From Octopus vulgaris (taxonomy: Eukaryota), in contig OX597815.1 of assembly GCA_951406725.2 (NCBI GenBank), positions 129,456,001-129,520,000 on the forward strand: a stretch of 64,000 bases of DNA. The letters are read 5' to 3'. The translations under genes were made by a program, and so were the position numbers. The notes beneath the pieces were generated by a model. The model did not search any database, was not told where the DNA came from, and saw only the letters and a list, made by a program, of their open reading frames with translations. Positions 12,531-25,756 of this stretch are shown here, in pieces. The first letter of the stretch is position 1; every line of letters begins with the position of its first letter.

Positions 12531-13789
12531 TCCTGAAGAGATAAAATGCAAAGATCACATTCGTCATTGATGGGACTTGCAACCAAAATATTCTAAATAT
12601 TGTGAGCAATTTTGTATTAAGAGGTCACTTTTAATCTTGTTTTGCTGAGGACTGGACAGCCTCTCTAATGCTGGTGCTATGATAAAAGTCCTGCAAAAAG
12701 CTGAACATTGTTAAAAAGACAATTCTGAAAATTGAAATAGGCAATTACTAGTAACTGAAGTTTATCATGTCTGTAGAATATATGGTTCTACCAATTTGGG
12801 GAACCCCTGCCTCTAAAGTCTACTTGATATGACTAAAATTGTAAACTTTCATCTTTTAACTGCCTGTTGCATGTATTGACACAAAGTGGAATTGCATATT
12901 TGACAATCATTCAAAACTTTGAATAGTCATTGACTTAGGAATTTCTGTTGAAGTAATACACATACATTACTCCATTGGAGCTGCTCTTTTGTAGATTGCA
13001 AATTTGTTAGTTGAAATTAAAATACTGACTGAAGGAGTAATTTTTATATTTTATAACATAAATAACACACAGGCATATGAGATGTACCTCAATTTCAGCA
13101 GCTCATATTCGTTGGTGGTGGTGGGCGTTAGTGCATTAAAACTTATAGGTATCCCAATTTCATATTTAGGACATTTGAAAATTATGTGCCATTAATTATA
13201 GTATATGTTCAAAATCATAATGGTGCCCTAAACTTCTTGACTCAACAAAAATGGTGGCAAAATCCCCATTTATTGGTTGACTACACTTTTACAAGATACA
13301 ACAATAGATGTATTTCTTAATTCTGCTCATTAGCAATGTTTTAAACCAAATTCAGGCACATCATTTCAGTACTGTTGTCCTTTGTTTGGCACATTATCAA
13401 GTACTCTTGCCTATACAGAAGCAACATTTTAAGCAAAAGCAGAATTATTCCAATTTGCACAATTGCTGTTTGAAACTGCAAATGGAGAACTGATATTTTT
13501 GCAGCCTAACAAGAGTAAATGTTAAAGTAGTACCTAATTACTTTGATGTAGTAATATCTGGAGAAACTAAAAATATCTGACAAAATTGTGCAACAATGGC
13601 TAAATAAATGATAGTATTGTTACAGATACACCACTAGATATTGCAAAGCATTTTGTCCACCATACTACCAGTGCTGTTGTGTATTGGTAGTAAATGGGTT
13701 AAGAACAATGGTAAATGGACAAAGACTGTTAGGATAGCTTAAGCTTGTGATTGGTAGAAATTCATAGAAGCTCTTTGAATCCAATGCAT

Positions 13790-14295
13790 GTGTAATTTTG
13801 GGAAATGACAAAAGACCGAGACCTTTGGAGATATGCTGTGATTGAAAAGACCCGTCAAGTAAAGTAAGATCACAGCTGTAGCCTACACCAGTGTCACATA
13901 ACCAGCCCATTTAGAAAGTACCTTTGAATCGTCAGGCAACATGCTGTGCTTGAGGAGACCTATTGATTCAAGTAAAATCAAATCACGATCAAATGGAAAT
14001 TGTAGTTGTGGCTGATGCCAGTGCCACCTGACTGGCTTCCTGTGCCGGTGGCATGTAAAAAGCACTATCCGAACATGACTAATGCCAGTGCTGCCTGACT
14101 GTCTCCCATGCCGGAAGCATGTAAAAAGCATCCACTACACTCTTGGAGTGGTTGGCATTAGGAAGGACATCCAGCTGTAGAAACATTGCCAGATCAGATT
14201 GGAGCATGGTGCAGCCTCTCAGCTTGCCAGTCCTCAGTCAAACCATGCAATCCATACCAGTATGGAAAACAGATGTTAAATGATGATAATGATGT
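13790..14295 (+). mobile_element. RTE-clade LINE 3' end
   Basis: gacctttggagatatgctgtg (DLWRYAV) followed by a 3' UTR matching 60500-60898, ending gatgttaaatgatgataatgatg. Confidence 0.75.
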
Positions 14296-14793
14296 GTGTG
14301 TATTTTCTGTTACTTGTTTCAGTCATCAAACTGTAGCCATACTGGAGCACCACTTTGAATTTTCGTCAAATGAATCGACCCCAATTTTTTTTTTATAAGC
14401 CTGTACTTATTCTATTGGTCTCTTTTGCCGAACCACTAAGTTACTGGTTATCAAGCTGTGTTGGGGGACAAAATTGCCTACACCTACATAAATGCACATA
14501 TACAATGGGCTGCTTTCAATTTCTGTCTGCCAAAGCCACTTACAAAGCTTTGGTCAGCCCAAGGCAATAGCAGAAGACACTCACCCAAGGTACCACATAG
14601 TGAGATTGAACTAGAAACCATATGGTTGGAAAGCAAAGTTCCTACCTCATCAATTTGCGTGTGTGTGTGCATGCTCTGAATCTGATTCCTTTCACTTTTA
14701 TTCAGCATTTTCATGAATTGATTTGAAAAGTAAGAAATTTTCAGAATTATGGGATAATTATCCATGTAATTAGTGTAACTTCTATAAGTTAAC

Positions 14794-15015
14794 TTTAACC
14801 CTTTTGTTACCATATTAGTGTTTAAATACACTACCTTTATTTCGGTTAATTTTGAAAATAATGAAGGATATAATAACTGTCATTACTAAGCAGATATTTG
14901 GAACACAGATTAACATGAAATTTTGATGGGATATTTAATTTAGAACACTTTAAAATGAGAAGTTTTTTATCCTAGAACTAGGAGTTCTGTCAAAAGAGGG
15001 TTGTTATCAAAAGAG
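14794..15015. mobile_element. piggyBac-type MITE
   Basis: TTAAcccttttgttaccatatt...; body matches 46370-46597. Confidence 0.6.
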
Positions 15016-15118
15016 ATGAATTTTGTTTTTAATTTTATTAGAGATTCAATCAATCATCCCCCAAAAAATACTTTTGCATAGCCAATTGAACATGGTTATG
15101 TTTTTATATTTCAGCCAT

Positions 15119-15331
15119 AAGGTGGCGAGCTGCAGAATCATTAGCACTCTGGGCAAGATGCTTAGTGGCATTTTGTTTGTCGTTGCATTCTACGTTCAAA
15201 TTCCGCCAAGGTCAACTTTGCCTTTCATCCTTTCGGGGTCGATAAATTAAGTACCAGTTGCATACTGGGAGCGATCTAATCAACTGACCCCCTCCCCATA
15301 AATTTCGGGCCTTGTGCCTAGAGTAGAAAAG
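15119..15331 (+). mobile_element. Meta-domain-type SINE with TSD
   Basis: 14-bp TSD tatatttcagccat (15105-15118) / tatatctcagccat (15332-15345). Confidence 0.9.
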
Positions 15332-15530
15332 TATATCTCAGCCATTTCCCTCGTTCCAGTTTCTATGCCACAATGTATATAAACAGCAACATTTATATAC
15401 AAACCTCTTCGGATTTCCACTAATGAAGGCACCACATGACCATAAACCTCTATAAACATCTCTCTCTCTCTCTCACACATATATTTCAAATCTATTCATG
15501 TTGTAGATAACGGCAGTCAAGTTTGGCAGT

Positions 15531-15839
15531 TCTTGTTGCTTGTTCCTTCTCAAGCCATGCCTGATTCATAAGGGCCAATTTCCTCAGTTTCATTGGCATA
15601 TAGATTCCCCACTTGGATGGGATGCGGGTCCATTGCAGATGAGCTGCTAGATGCAGGAGGAAAGAGTGAGAGAAAGTTGTGGCAAAAGAGTCAGCAGTAG
15701 TTGCCCTTACCTTCTGCTGGAGCTGCATGGAGCTTAGGTGTTTCATTCATAACCACACACATCGCCCAGTCTGAGATTCGAACCTGCAATCTTTTGACTG
15801 TGAGTCCACTGCTCTAACTACTAGGCCATGTGCCTCCAC
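15531..15839 (-). mobile_element. tRNA-headed SINE (third family) with TSD
   Basis: Minus strand gtggaggcacatggcctagtagttagagc (A box)...ggttcgaatc (B box). TSD aagtttggcagt at 15519-15530 and 15840-15851. Confidence 0.85.
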
Positions 15840-16315
15840 AAGTTTGGCAGTATCTGATGTGAATTGATTCACAAGGCACCACATTAGATTTTGTAGTGCC
15901 AATGCCATCTTCACCAGACCAGTGTCTATATACATAAAAATAAACAATATTGACAACTGTTTTGCTCATCTTTGTTATGTTAATTAAAACATTTCTGTTA
16001 TGATGTTTAAAGCCATAATTTCCTCAGAAAACAACTCATGCCTGTTGTGTTCTTGTTTCCATATTCCTATTTCCTTCCTGCTTCATCCAAACTATAGCAT
16101 CTGGTTTGATTTTGGCTTTGGAATTTTGACGACCTTGTTTATTTTAGTAACAACATTATGACGGAAATAGTATGATTAGTATTCAGTGTTTTATTTTTTG
16201 CTAAAAGTTAGGAAACTAGGTGAGTTTAAAAGATCACTTAGAAAATTGCGTGCAGTAATGTTTCTATTTCATGGAAAGTGTATCTAGGGATTTCTCTACT
16301 TCTATGACTGTCTGA

Positions 16316-17160
16316 TTGTGCATGCACACACACACACACACACACACATGCACTCTCTCGCTCACTCAGTCTCTCTCTTTCTCTCTTGCTCTCACTTTCT
16401 CTCTCACTCTCACTTTCTCTCTCACTCTCTCTTTCTCTCACTCTCTTTTTCTCTCTCGCTCTCTCTCTCTTTCTCTCTCACTCTCTCTTTCTCTCGCTCT
16501 CTCTTTCTCTCGCTCGCTCTTTCTCTTGCTCTCTCTTTCTCTCGCTCTCTCTTTCTCTCGTTCTCTCTTTCTCTCACTCTCTCTTTCTCTCACTCTCTCT
16601 TCCTCTCTCTGTCTCTCTCTTTTGCTCTCTCTCTCTCACTCTCTCTTTCTTTCTCTCTCGCTCTGTCTCTCTCACTCTCTCTTTCTTTCTCTCTTGCTCT
16701 GTCTCTCTCGCTCTCTCTTTCTTTCTCTCTTGCTCTGTCTCTTGTTCTCTCTTTCTTTCTCTCTTGCTCTGTCTCTCTCGTTCTCTCTTTCTTTCTCTCT
16801 TGCTCTCTCTTTCTCTCACTCTCTCTTCTTCTCTCTGTCTCTCACTCTGTCTCTCTCTTTTGCTCTCTCTCTCGCTCTCTCTTTCTTTCTCTTTTGCTCT
16901 GTCTCTCTCGCTCTCTCTTTCTTTCTCTCTTGCTCTGTCTCTCTCGCTCTCTCTTTCTTTCTCTCTTGCTCTGTCTCTCGCTCTCTCTTTCTTTCTCTCT
17001 CGCTCTGTCTCTCTCACTCTCTCTTTCTTTCTCTCTTGCTCTGTCTCTCTCGCTCTCTCTTTCTTTCTCTCTTGCTCTGTCTCTCTCACTCTCTCTTTCT
17101 TTCTCTCTTGCTCTGTCTCTCTCGCTCTCTCTTTCTCTCTCTCTTGCTCTTTCTCTCTCA
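16316..17160. repeat. (CA)n followed by an ~810-bp polypyrimidine (CT)-derived repeat with a 36-bp higher-order unit
   Basis: Unit ctctctctttctttctctcttgctctgtctctctc(g/a) repeated through ~16640-17150; track ORFs show a 12-aa period (ERARETEQERKK). Confidence 0.95.
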
Positions 17161-17479
17161 TACACTCCTTCACTCACAAAAAGTAGAAGCAAATGTAATA
17201 AAACGAAGATCAACTCAGATTTTAATCTTGCCCTGCAATATGAATGAGTGCCATAGAGGGGCGGTTAGACACCTGACAATTGAGACTTACAATACAAGTT
17301 CAATTTCAGGTCAGAAGATTTCATTCTACTTATTTTTAAATTCATTTTATTCATAGTTAATAATTAGTAGCAATGGGCTCCACCTGCCTGACTGACCCTT
17401 AATTCACTATTCAAAAATAATCTTCTTTAGTATTTGAACAACAAATTGAGGTTCCTCTGAAGGATTTTTGGAGTAACAG

Positions 17480-17790
17480 GCTGCATAGTTTGGAGATCAG
17501 GGTGTCTCTTCAGATTGGACTGCTATTTCTCTGCAGTGAGAGGTCACAGCCCTGGTACTACAGACTTATTGTTAGAAAGTTGCTAGAAAGAATCACAAGA
17601 GAGATTCTTCAAGCCAAACCAACTGGCAGAAGACCTAGGGGTAGACCAAGAAAGAGATTGCTAGATAATATCCATTGTCTTAGTTGGGCATGCTTGGGAA
17701 TGTAGCCAGAAAGTGTAATGATAGTTGCTTCTGATAGGACTCTATGGAAGAGGTACCTGAGAACTCTACTCCTGCAACCCTTCCAGGAAT
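17480..17790 (+). mobile_element. RTE-type LINE ORF2 C-terminal fragment
   Basis: Peptide RITREILQAKPTGRRPRGRPRKRLLDNI matches the GxRxRGRPRxRWxD motif at the end of RTE ORF2. Confidence 0.75.
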
Positions 17791-18864
17791 AGTGGGTAGC
17801 AAAAATGAAAGGATGGATATAGAAAAATTTCATATTTCTTTCTTAATGTTAAAAATTATCTGACTCTGCCTTTTGTCCATTTGGATTGATAAAATAAGTA
17901 CCAATTGAACACGGAGGTCAATGTAATCTACTTGTCCCTTCCCACAAAATTGCTGGCCTTGTGTCCAAATTTGAAATCAATATTAAATGATTTCACTGCT
18001 CCATCTCTTCCAGGACTGAATCATTTGTTCTGTGGACCACTCAACTGCTCAACAGCATTTGCATGTCACATCATCTTCGACATCCTCAATCCCTTGGTGT
18101 TTGCCATTCTTAGGGCCCATGCTTCACACCCATTAAAAAGGCTACTGGCCAGGCCAATGTTTTTAAATGCTTCAGCTTGATGCTTTTGTTGAGGGAATAG
18201 TCTCTCTTTGTTGTATTGAGTAACCTCAGAAATGTTGTTCTCATAAGGCTCCTTCACTCACAAAAAGTAGAAGCATATAAGCATATAGAAACAAGTGAGC
18301 AATTGAGCAAATGAGCAGATTGTCAATAAAACAGAATGGATGTGCAGGTGCTAGTTCCTTACAGCCGTTTCTGCCAAGAGGCAATGTAAACTTCCAGGTT
18401 ATCTCCATCTCTTCAGTGTTATGCAGGAATGAGCAGATAAGGCTTGGATAATGAATGCGCCCCTAGGCTTCTTCAGAGGGTCTAAATGGTTGGGGGTGGG
18501 GGGATAACACATAAAAGTCAGTTAATAATAGCTACAGTGTATTCGTCTTTTTGAAACAGAGTAGAAAAAGAATAAGAGTAAGAATAAGAACAAGCACAAG
18601 AATACAAGTGATGTACATCATAGTATAATGATTTGGGCATAGCAAGGGGAAATAAGATACAGACTTCCTGTGATGTATTATAAGATTCATGTTATTTCAT
18701 CCAGTGGTGAATAGGTGAATATAATCGTTCTCAGGAGGAATTTTTTCAGGAAAGGTAATTTTAGGCAGTAGTTCACATTATGTTTCCAAAGAACTTCAGT
18801 GATGGGTTTGTTACGGAGGTGAAAGTTTATAAGTGTCAGTTAGTAGATGTAACATTGTAGAGGG

Positions 18865-19080
18865 TGTGTGTGTGTATATATATATATATATTTATATATA
18901 TACTCACACACACACACTCACACAATGGGCTTCTTTCAGTTTCTGTCTACCAAATCCACTCATAAGGCTTTGGTCAGCCTGAGGCTATAGTAGAAGAAAC
19001 TTGCCCAAAGTGCCATGCAGTGGGACTGAATCCGGAACCATGTAGTTGGTAAGCAAGCTACTTACCACATGGCCACTCCT
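18865..19080 (-). mobile_element. CORE-type SINE head and core
   Basis: Reverse complement of the family head through the microsatellite. Confidence 0.8.
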
Positions 19081-19248
19081 GAAAAAGTAAGGGTTAATGA
19101 CAAGAAGGGCATCAGGCTGTAAAACAATGCCACAATATATGTATGTAACTCATGCTAGCATGGGAAATAGATGAACAATAAATGAACAGATAGATAGATG
19201 TCTTTGAAATGACACTGCTTGGGCATTAGTAACATTTATGCTCTACAG

Positions 19249-19538
19249 CATAGGTTCTCAAAGTGGGCACTGGTGTCTAAGGGGGTGGTATGGGGGGTGA
19301 CAGGCAGTAGAGAAAAAGGAGGCATTGGGAGGAAGGCAGTGGATTGAGGTACGCTATGAATTTATTATATTATAGTATTGTATCCAAATTATATAATATT
19401 AAATATCAAATGATTCATAGCATATATAAAATAGTAAAATATAAAATATTTATTTACACATAAAAATAGGGGAGGGGGTACTGAGGGTATTATGTGGTCA
19501 TGAGGTGGGCAGTGGCCCAAAATGTTTGAGAACCTCTG
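19249..19538. mobile_element. hAT/Charlie-type MITE
   Basis: TIRs cataggttctcaaa / tttgagaacctctg; exact 8-bp TSD ctctacag (19241-19248, 19539-19546). Confidence 0.9.
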
Positions 19539-20879
19539 CTCTACAGCTTAACATGCAAAGACCAGTAGGTTAATGAACTTTACTTCAAAACCAGGTTATA
19601 TTTGGCATCAGGAAAGGAATCCATCCACAAAATACTGTCTCAAAATATCTCTTCCAGCCCATGTCAGCATAGATGAAGAGTATATAGAACCAATGATGAT
19701 GATGGTGAATCTACGTACCCACCTTCCCTTAACTTCACAGTAACCACTGCCACTCTATAACAAATGTAATTTCGAGTGATGCTAGTCTTATTTATGACAT
19801 GTTGATAAAATGGTTGTTTTTGTTTTGTTGTATTTTGCTGGTTTGTCTTCTGTCTGCTTCCTACCAAACTAGCAAAGCAATGTAAACAATGATGCCACCA
19901 TTCAATAGAAACAAACCTAATTCAAAAACTGGCAGACTTTCTTTCTTCAGAAAAGTAACATGGAATCTGGCAATGATTGCATTGTGAACGAGAGAGAGGG
20001 GAAAGAGAGAGAGAGAGAGAGGGTGGGTGTTGGTGGATAGAGATTAGTGTGTATGTGTTGCTGTAACTGTACATCAATGTCATATATAAATAGTAACAAA
20101 CAAACAAAACTGTGCAGCAACTAGTTAGATTCTTTCAATGTCATTCTCACCAATATTTCTGCGATTTAGAATTGTTTTTATACAAAGTTGTTGCCTCTCC
20201 TCTCCCATTCCCCCATATCTTGCTCCCCATACTCACCTTTTGCAAACACCTACCTGAAGTCCTAATTCCTCTGTCCCCACTCACTTCTACTCTCCTTGTA
20301 ACTTGATTGGCCACCTGAACACTCATCACCAATATCATATCACTTTGAATCTCCTGCTGATCATTCTCACTCTCTCTTCTAAACGTGAGTAGCTGTGTTG
20401 CTCTTCTACAAGAACCTTCTCCACTACTCTTCTTTAACCACTCATTTCCTAGCATAATGTTGACCTCGCTAATGCCAGTGACATGAAAAATACAGTCAGT
20501 ACACACTGTAAAGTGATTGGTGTTAGGAAAGGCACCCAGCTGTAAAAACCATGCCAAAATTGACATTAGAGTATGCTGTAGTCCTTGGATTCATCTGATG
20601 CTCTTGAACCATTCAATCTATGCCAGTATGGGACATGGACATTAAATGATATGCAAACATGGCTGTGTGCACCATGTGGTTTTGGGATCAATCAATGAGT
20701 CTGAATAATTGCAGGATTGTACACATCATGCTATATAATCTCATCTGACTATTGTATCATCAGCAGCATGAAACTTATTGTAGCTTGCATTTAATTTCTG
20801 TGTATATTAAATATCTATTTCCAGCTGGATCAATAACAGAATGCATCCCCCCCTCCACACACACACACACACTATATAA

Positions 20880-21240
20880 AGACACTGGCATGGCTATGCA
20901 GTTAAGTAGTTTGCTGATTTCAAACTCAGTGCCTTTGTGTGACACTTTGGGCAAGTGTTATTTTACTATAGGCTTGGATCACCCAAACCCTTGTGAGTGG
21001 AATTAATAGATGGAAACTACTATTGTGTTTCATGTTTTCTTGTCTTGACATCACTGTCACACAAGTCTCACTTCCAATCTTCTCGCAAGAAATGAAAAAC
21101 ATTTCTGGTGATATGGACATATTACCTTGCTTGAAAACAGGTAGGTGGGTTGGTGAAAGGAAGGGCATCCAACTGTAGACAGTCTGATTCAAATTCTCTC
21201 CTACCCATGCAAACATAAAAGAGTGGGCATTAAAATATTG
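20880..21240 (+). mobile_element. CORE-type SINE with RTE-derived tail B
   Basis: Core ttgggcaagtgttattttactatagg; tail ggaagggcatccaactgtag...cccatgcaaacataaaagagtgggcattaaa. Confidence 0.65.
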
Positions 21241-21258
21241 TTGTTACACATAGAAACA

Positions 21259-22069
21259 ATATATATATATATATATATAAAACTCAACTTGTGTGTTTGT
21301 GTGTGTCTGTGTGTTTAACTTCCTGGCACATCTCCTCCTAGCCAACAAATCGTAGAACCACCAAAAATGGGTCACTTAAAGTTTAGGCGAATGAAAATTG
21401 AACTGCGCTATTTCTGTTCTGAAATTCATCTTGCAAGTGCAAAAATCGATAATGTGTTTGTTTAGGCCTTATCCCATGCATTGAATAGTGAACTTTACTC
21501 AGTCAGCTGTTTGACGTGAACTGTGTTCACCATGCGTAAATTGCATGAAAAATAAAAAATCAAGATATAAAAACGAATCGCTGTAAACATTGTAGAAATT
21601 CGGCAAAGAAATGAATTTTCAGGATGTAGCCTGGAGGGTGTTTTCGTATTAATCGTTTGGACTTTGTGAACACATACCAATTGTTTTCATAACACTTTTA
21701 ACGCTTTGAATTAAATGTGACTATTTTGCGTTGAGTCTGCAGTTTGAATCACTTTAACCAAATTTTAGCAGGTCGGATTTTTGATCATCACGATACATCA
21801 CCAGTGACTCCCTGAAACTCTCCCCTGAAATCCCCGTTGAGAAATACTGATCTAAAAGAACAACTCAACAATGCAATTATTTGATCAACAAAAATTTATG
21901 AACCGCTTCTACGTACTTCCTATTGAGAAAATGGAACACATAAGCGCAAAAATAGAGGGCATTAAATGCTTGATTTTAAAACCAAAATAATTGAATTTTG
22001 ATTGAACTTCATCCAAGTTTAGCTTAATTCGCGCATGCATAGAACGCACGAGCCGGGCAATACTGCTAG
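21259..22069 (+). mobile_element. Non-autonomous Helitron
   Basis: Begins in (ta)n-aaaa followed by a tgtgtgtctg microsatellite. Ends with a GC-rich subterminal segment and CTAG (22066-22069) followed by T. Retains many CpGs. Confidence 0.7.
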
Positions 22070-22849
22070 TATATATATAAAGTAAATGTTTACCAACAAT
22101 GGTTTTTTACCAACAGGTCTGGTGATGACAGATAAATTTCCTACAAAGTGATTTCTATTTAATAATACTCTATTTTGATACTGACATGGACTTAGGTATT
22201 CATAATCAAATGTATTGCTCAAAAACATCACTGATGTACCAGCAATGGACTTGAACCCAAAATTATGAGCTAACAGTTCACTCATATGTTTGTATTTCAG
22301 TTCTACAGTGCATCATATAATGATGCTATGTAATTAATGAACATCGTAAGACAACTTGATATCATTTAGTTAATTTGCTTTATAATTTCAGATCTAAGAA
22401 AGAAAGATGTTAAATCACGGATGTAATTTTTGCTTTTCATTTTTTTTAAATGTATTTTATTTATTTATTTATTATTGGTTTAATTTAAAGGAAATATCAT
22501 AAACACTTACATAGTTCTAATGATTCCTAACTTTGGCACAAAGCCATAAATTTGATTGAATCAACCTTCGTAATATCTGGTATTCGTTTCATTCATTGTG
22601 AATCTACAGAAGGCACGACGTGAACTTGCTATCCCAGCAAGTTTAGGTTTTGAAAGAATTATTTAGTACAGTAGCTAGAAAATAAAGTTAAACAACTGTG
22701 ATTGGAAAGTGAAGGGGAGAAGCTAAATCAAGTTCAGAAAATCAGTAAACACTTGTTTTTAGCATCTTTGATACAATAACCCATGGGTATAATTACAAGT
22801 CGCAGGTTACACTTCATTCATTGACCACTTCACATGAGTTAATTAATGC

Positions 22850-23175
22850 TGGTCATGTCTTCTACTATAGCTTTGGGACAATCAAAGCCTTATGATTGGT
22901 TTGGGTAAACAGAAACTGAAATGTGTGTGTGTGTGTGTGTGTGCATGTGTGTTAGTTTTGACATTGTGATAGTTGTAAACGAATGTTATCATCATACAAA
23001 ACAGTATCATTCATTTTCAGTCTTTTGTGAAAAGACATTTGGCCATGAGGAAATATTACTTTGCTTGAAAACAAGTGAGGGTTTGCAACAGGAAGGGTAT
23101 CCAACAGCAGAAAAGTCTCTCTCAACAGATTCTGTTTGACCCATGCATTCATGGAAAAGGGTCATTAAATGATGT
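22850..23175 (+). mobile_element. 5'-truncated CORE-type SINE with RTE-derived tail B
   Basis: gtcttctactatagc...(tg)n...caggaagggtatccaac...gacccatgcattcatggaaaagggtcattaaatgatg. Confidence 0.7.
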
Positions 23176-25524
23176 CACAATCTTTTGTTTTCTGCTTGTA
23201 CAAATTTCAGACTTGATATAGAGCTGAAGGATGAAGGTTTAAAGCACACCTAAATTGGATTAGAACCACAAAACATGCTTCTTCTAATCCATTACTGCCT
23301 TGTATGAACTCTGTATTGTTAGTTTGCCTTTTTTTAATGTAAACTTTGCCTTTCGCCCTTTTAAGATCAATTAAAAAAAAAAAGTACCAGTCTGAGGTGG
23401 TGAACTGTTTGAACATCAAATCAGATACCTTGCTGTATTTGTTCTGAATTCCAATCTCACCATGGTCTACATAGGTGGTAGACTGAATCAATTGGTTTAA
23501 CACCCACCACCACATCCTGGAATTTTGAGTACCTTTAGTAAAATTCACTCTGTTACAGGCATTTGAACCTGATCTCTGCTCTGACTGTACCCTCCCACCC
23601 ACTATCCCTCAATCTAGAAAGAGCTGTAAAGGGTCATGATCACTGCTTTCACTCCAGAGCAAAAATATAAAAGTATACCCCATTATGTTTCTGGGACTTG
23701 TAATTTTATCCATGGATGACTTAGATGTAGGTCTGTCATGAGCCTTAGGGCTTATATAGTCAGAGTTTAATCTGGTTTCCTTGGCATATAAAAGACTGAA
23801 AATAACAACACCCATCTCTGAAAGGGACACCAATTCATTGCAAAGTTAACTACCCAGGTCATTGCAGCGACTCATTTTCAGCTGAGTGAACTGCGGCAAC
23901 ATAAAATGAAGTGTTTGCTCAAGAACTCAATGCACCACCCAGCCTGAGAATCAGAACCATGATCTTATTTATGATCAGGAATGTTACACTCTGACCCAGT
24001 TGTTCTCATATGGGGTCCACATGACCCTTGTAGAGTCCATATAAGATTTTGTGGTTAAAAATTTTATGCAATAAATTGGTTTTATTTCTACAATACACAA
24101 GATATTTTAACATTTTTTTATACAATTCCTCATGATATTTAACTATAAAGATATAGTTTTTAGAAATCAAATAGCTATGAGGGTCCACTCAAGTGAAATA
24201 GGAATCAAATGGCCTCTAAGCGAAATCCCTTAATATATGTTTGCAATAAACAATTTAGTCTAGTTCTTTACCATCAGGTACCAAACTTGTTTGTCATGTG
24301 TTGTTATCTGTACAGAGTTAAACACCTCAGTATGTTCTTGTAAATTCTGACTCATTCTGTAACTTGAGTAATATTACTTGAAGTAAAGAAATATGTAGAA
24401 TAACTTTAACTAGGCAGGAATTATTTTCTTAAGAGAACCAAATATAAACCACTTTGCTGGTGTTACATTTCAGATGGATAGCTCTGATTCAGTTCTTTCC
24501 CAATGTGTTGGTTTACGTGTTGTGAGTAACTGTTATGTGTTGTAAATATGTGTTGTGTGTTCTCTATGTGTTACATGTTATTTACTGATGTATATGTGTT
24601 GTTTATTTTTAACACAACTGCTTCACCAAAAACTGGGTCTTTGCATTTGTTTGTGCTACATTCCTGGCAGCAGTTTCTATTAATTCTCCTTCATTTAACT
24701 CTAATTAGGCTACACTGACAAAATCTGGTGTTTTTCCCCATCCCCGCTAATGCTAGTAAATGAACCGATTGCAAGAAACGAGAGATACTCATACACATGC
24801 TTTCTTTTTGTTCTATTTATTGTATTCTTTGATACCTGTTATTGGACTGTGGCCATACTGGAGCATCACCTTCAAGAATTTTAGTCATGTTAAACCCAAT
24901 AATCACTTTAGTCTGGTACTTGTTTTATTGCTTCCCATTTGTTAAACTGCTAAGTTATAGAACACACGCACACACCTCGGTGCCATTTCCTCCATGAATG
25001 CAAGACTTAAATGCATGGCTAAGATATATAAAGGAATACAGATAACAAATTAGATTTAAATATTTCATTATTATGACACTGCTGGAAGGTACATATGTGC
25101 TATGTTGTACATATATGAGCATAGATGCTACATGTATGCAACATCAATTGATTTTGCATGTTCTGGTTTAAGTAACAGGAGTTTCCTCTGAGTTTACTCT
25201 CTTTCTCTCTATGCACACACACACACATATATATATAACATCTCTTTTCTACTTTATTGTGGGATAGATAGGTCATTGTTAAAGTCTTATTAGGAGTTAT
25301 TGACCTTCTAGATAGGTTGGGAAACCATATCTCACTTGTATGTCTCAGATTTAGCTTGGTTTCTATGCTTTGGTACCTGTTCTATTGCCAACCAGTTTAC
25401 AGGGTGTAGTGTGTGCATTTATTGCGGCATCAACTCCTATGATATTGTTTACTCTTTGATGCATTCATGCACTCAGGGTGATATAGCTGAGAAGGATATA
25501 TATACATATATATATTTGTGTGTA

Positions 25525-25756
25525 GGGAGGTGAGCTGGCAGAATTGTTTGCATGCTGGGTGAAATACTTAGCAGTATTTCGTCTGCCGTTACGTTCTGAG
25601 TTCAAATTCCGCTATGGTTGACTTTGCCTCTCATCCTTTCTGGGTTGATTAAATAACTACCAGTTACGCACTGGGTCAATGTAATCAGCTTAATCCCTTT
25701 ATCTGTCCTTGTTTATCGCCTCTATATTTAGCCTCCTGTGGGCAATAAAGAAATAA
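25525..25756 (+). mobile_element. Meta-domain-type SINE with variant tail
   Basis: ggtgagctggcagaatt...gagttcaaattccgc...tttgcctctcatcc; tail ...tgtgggcaataaagaaata. Confidence 0.8.

Noticed and set aside
16316-17356. Long ORFs (346, 309, 266, 199 aa) rich in S/L or E/R
   Set aside because: Open in several frames on both strands only because CT/GA repeats lack stop codons; no coding signal.
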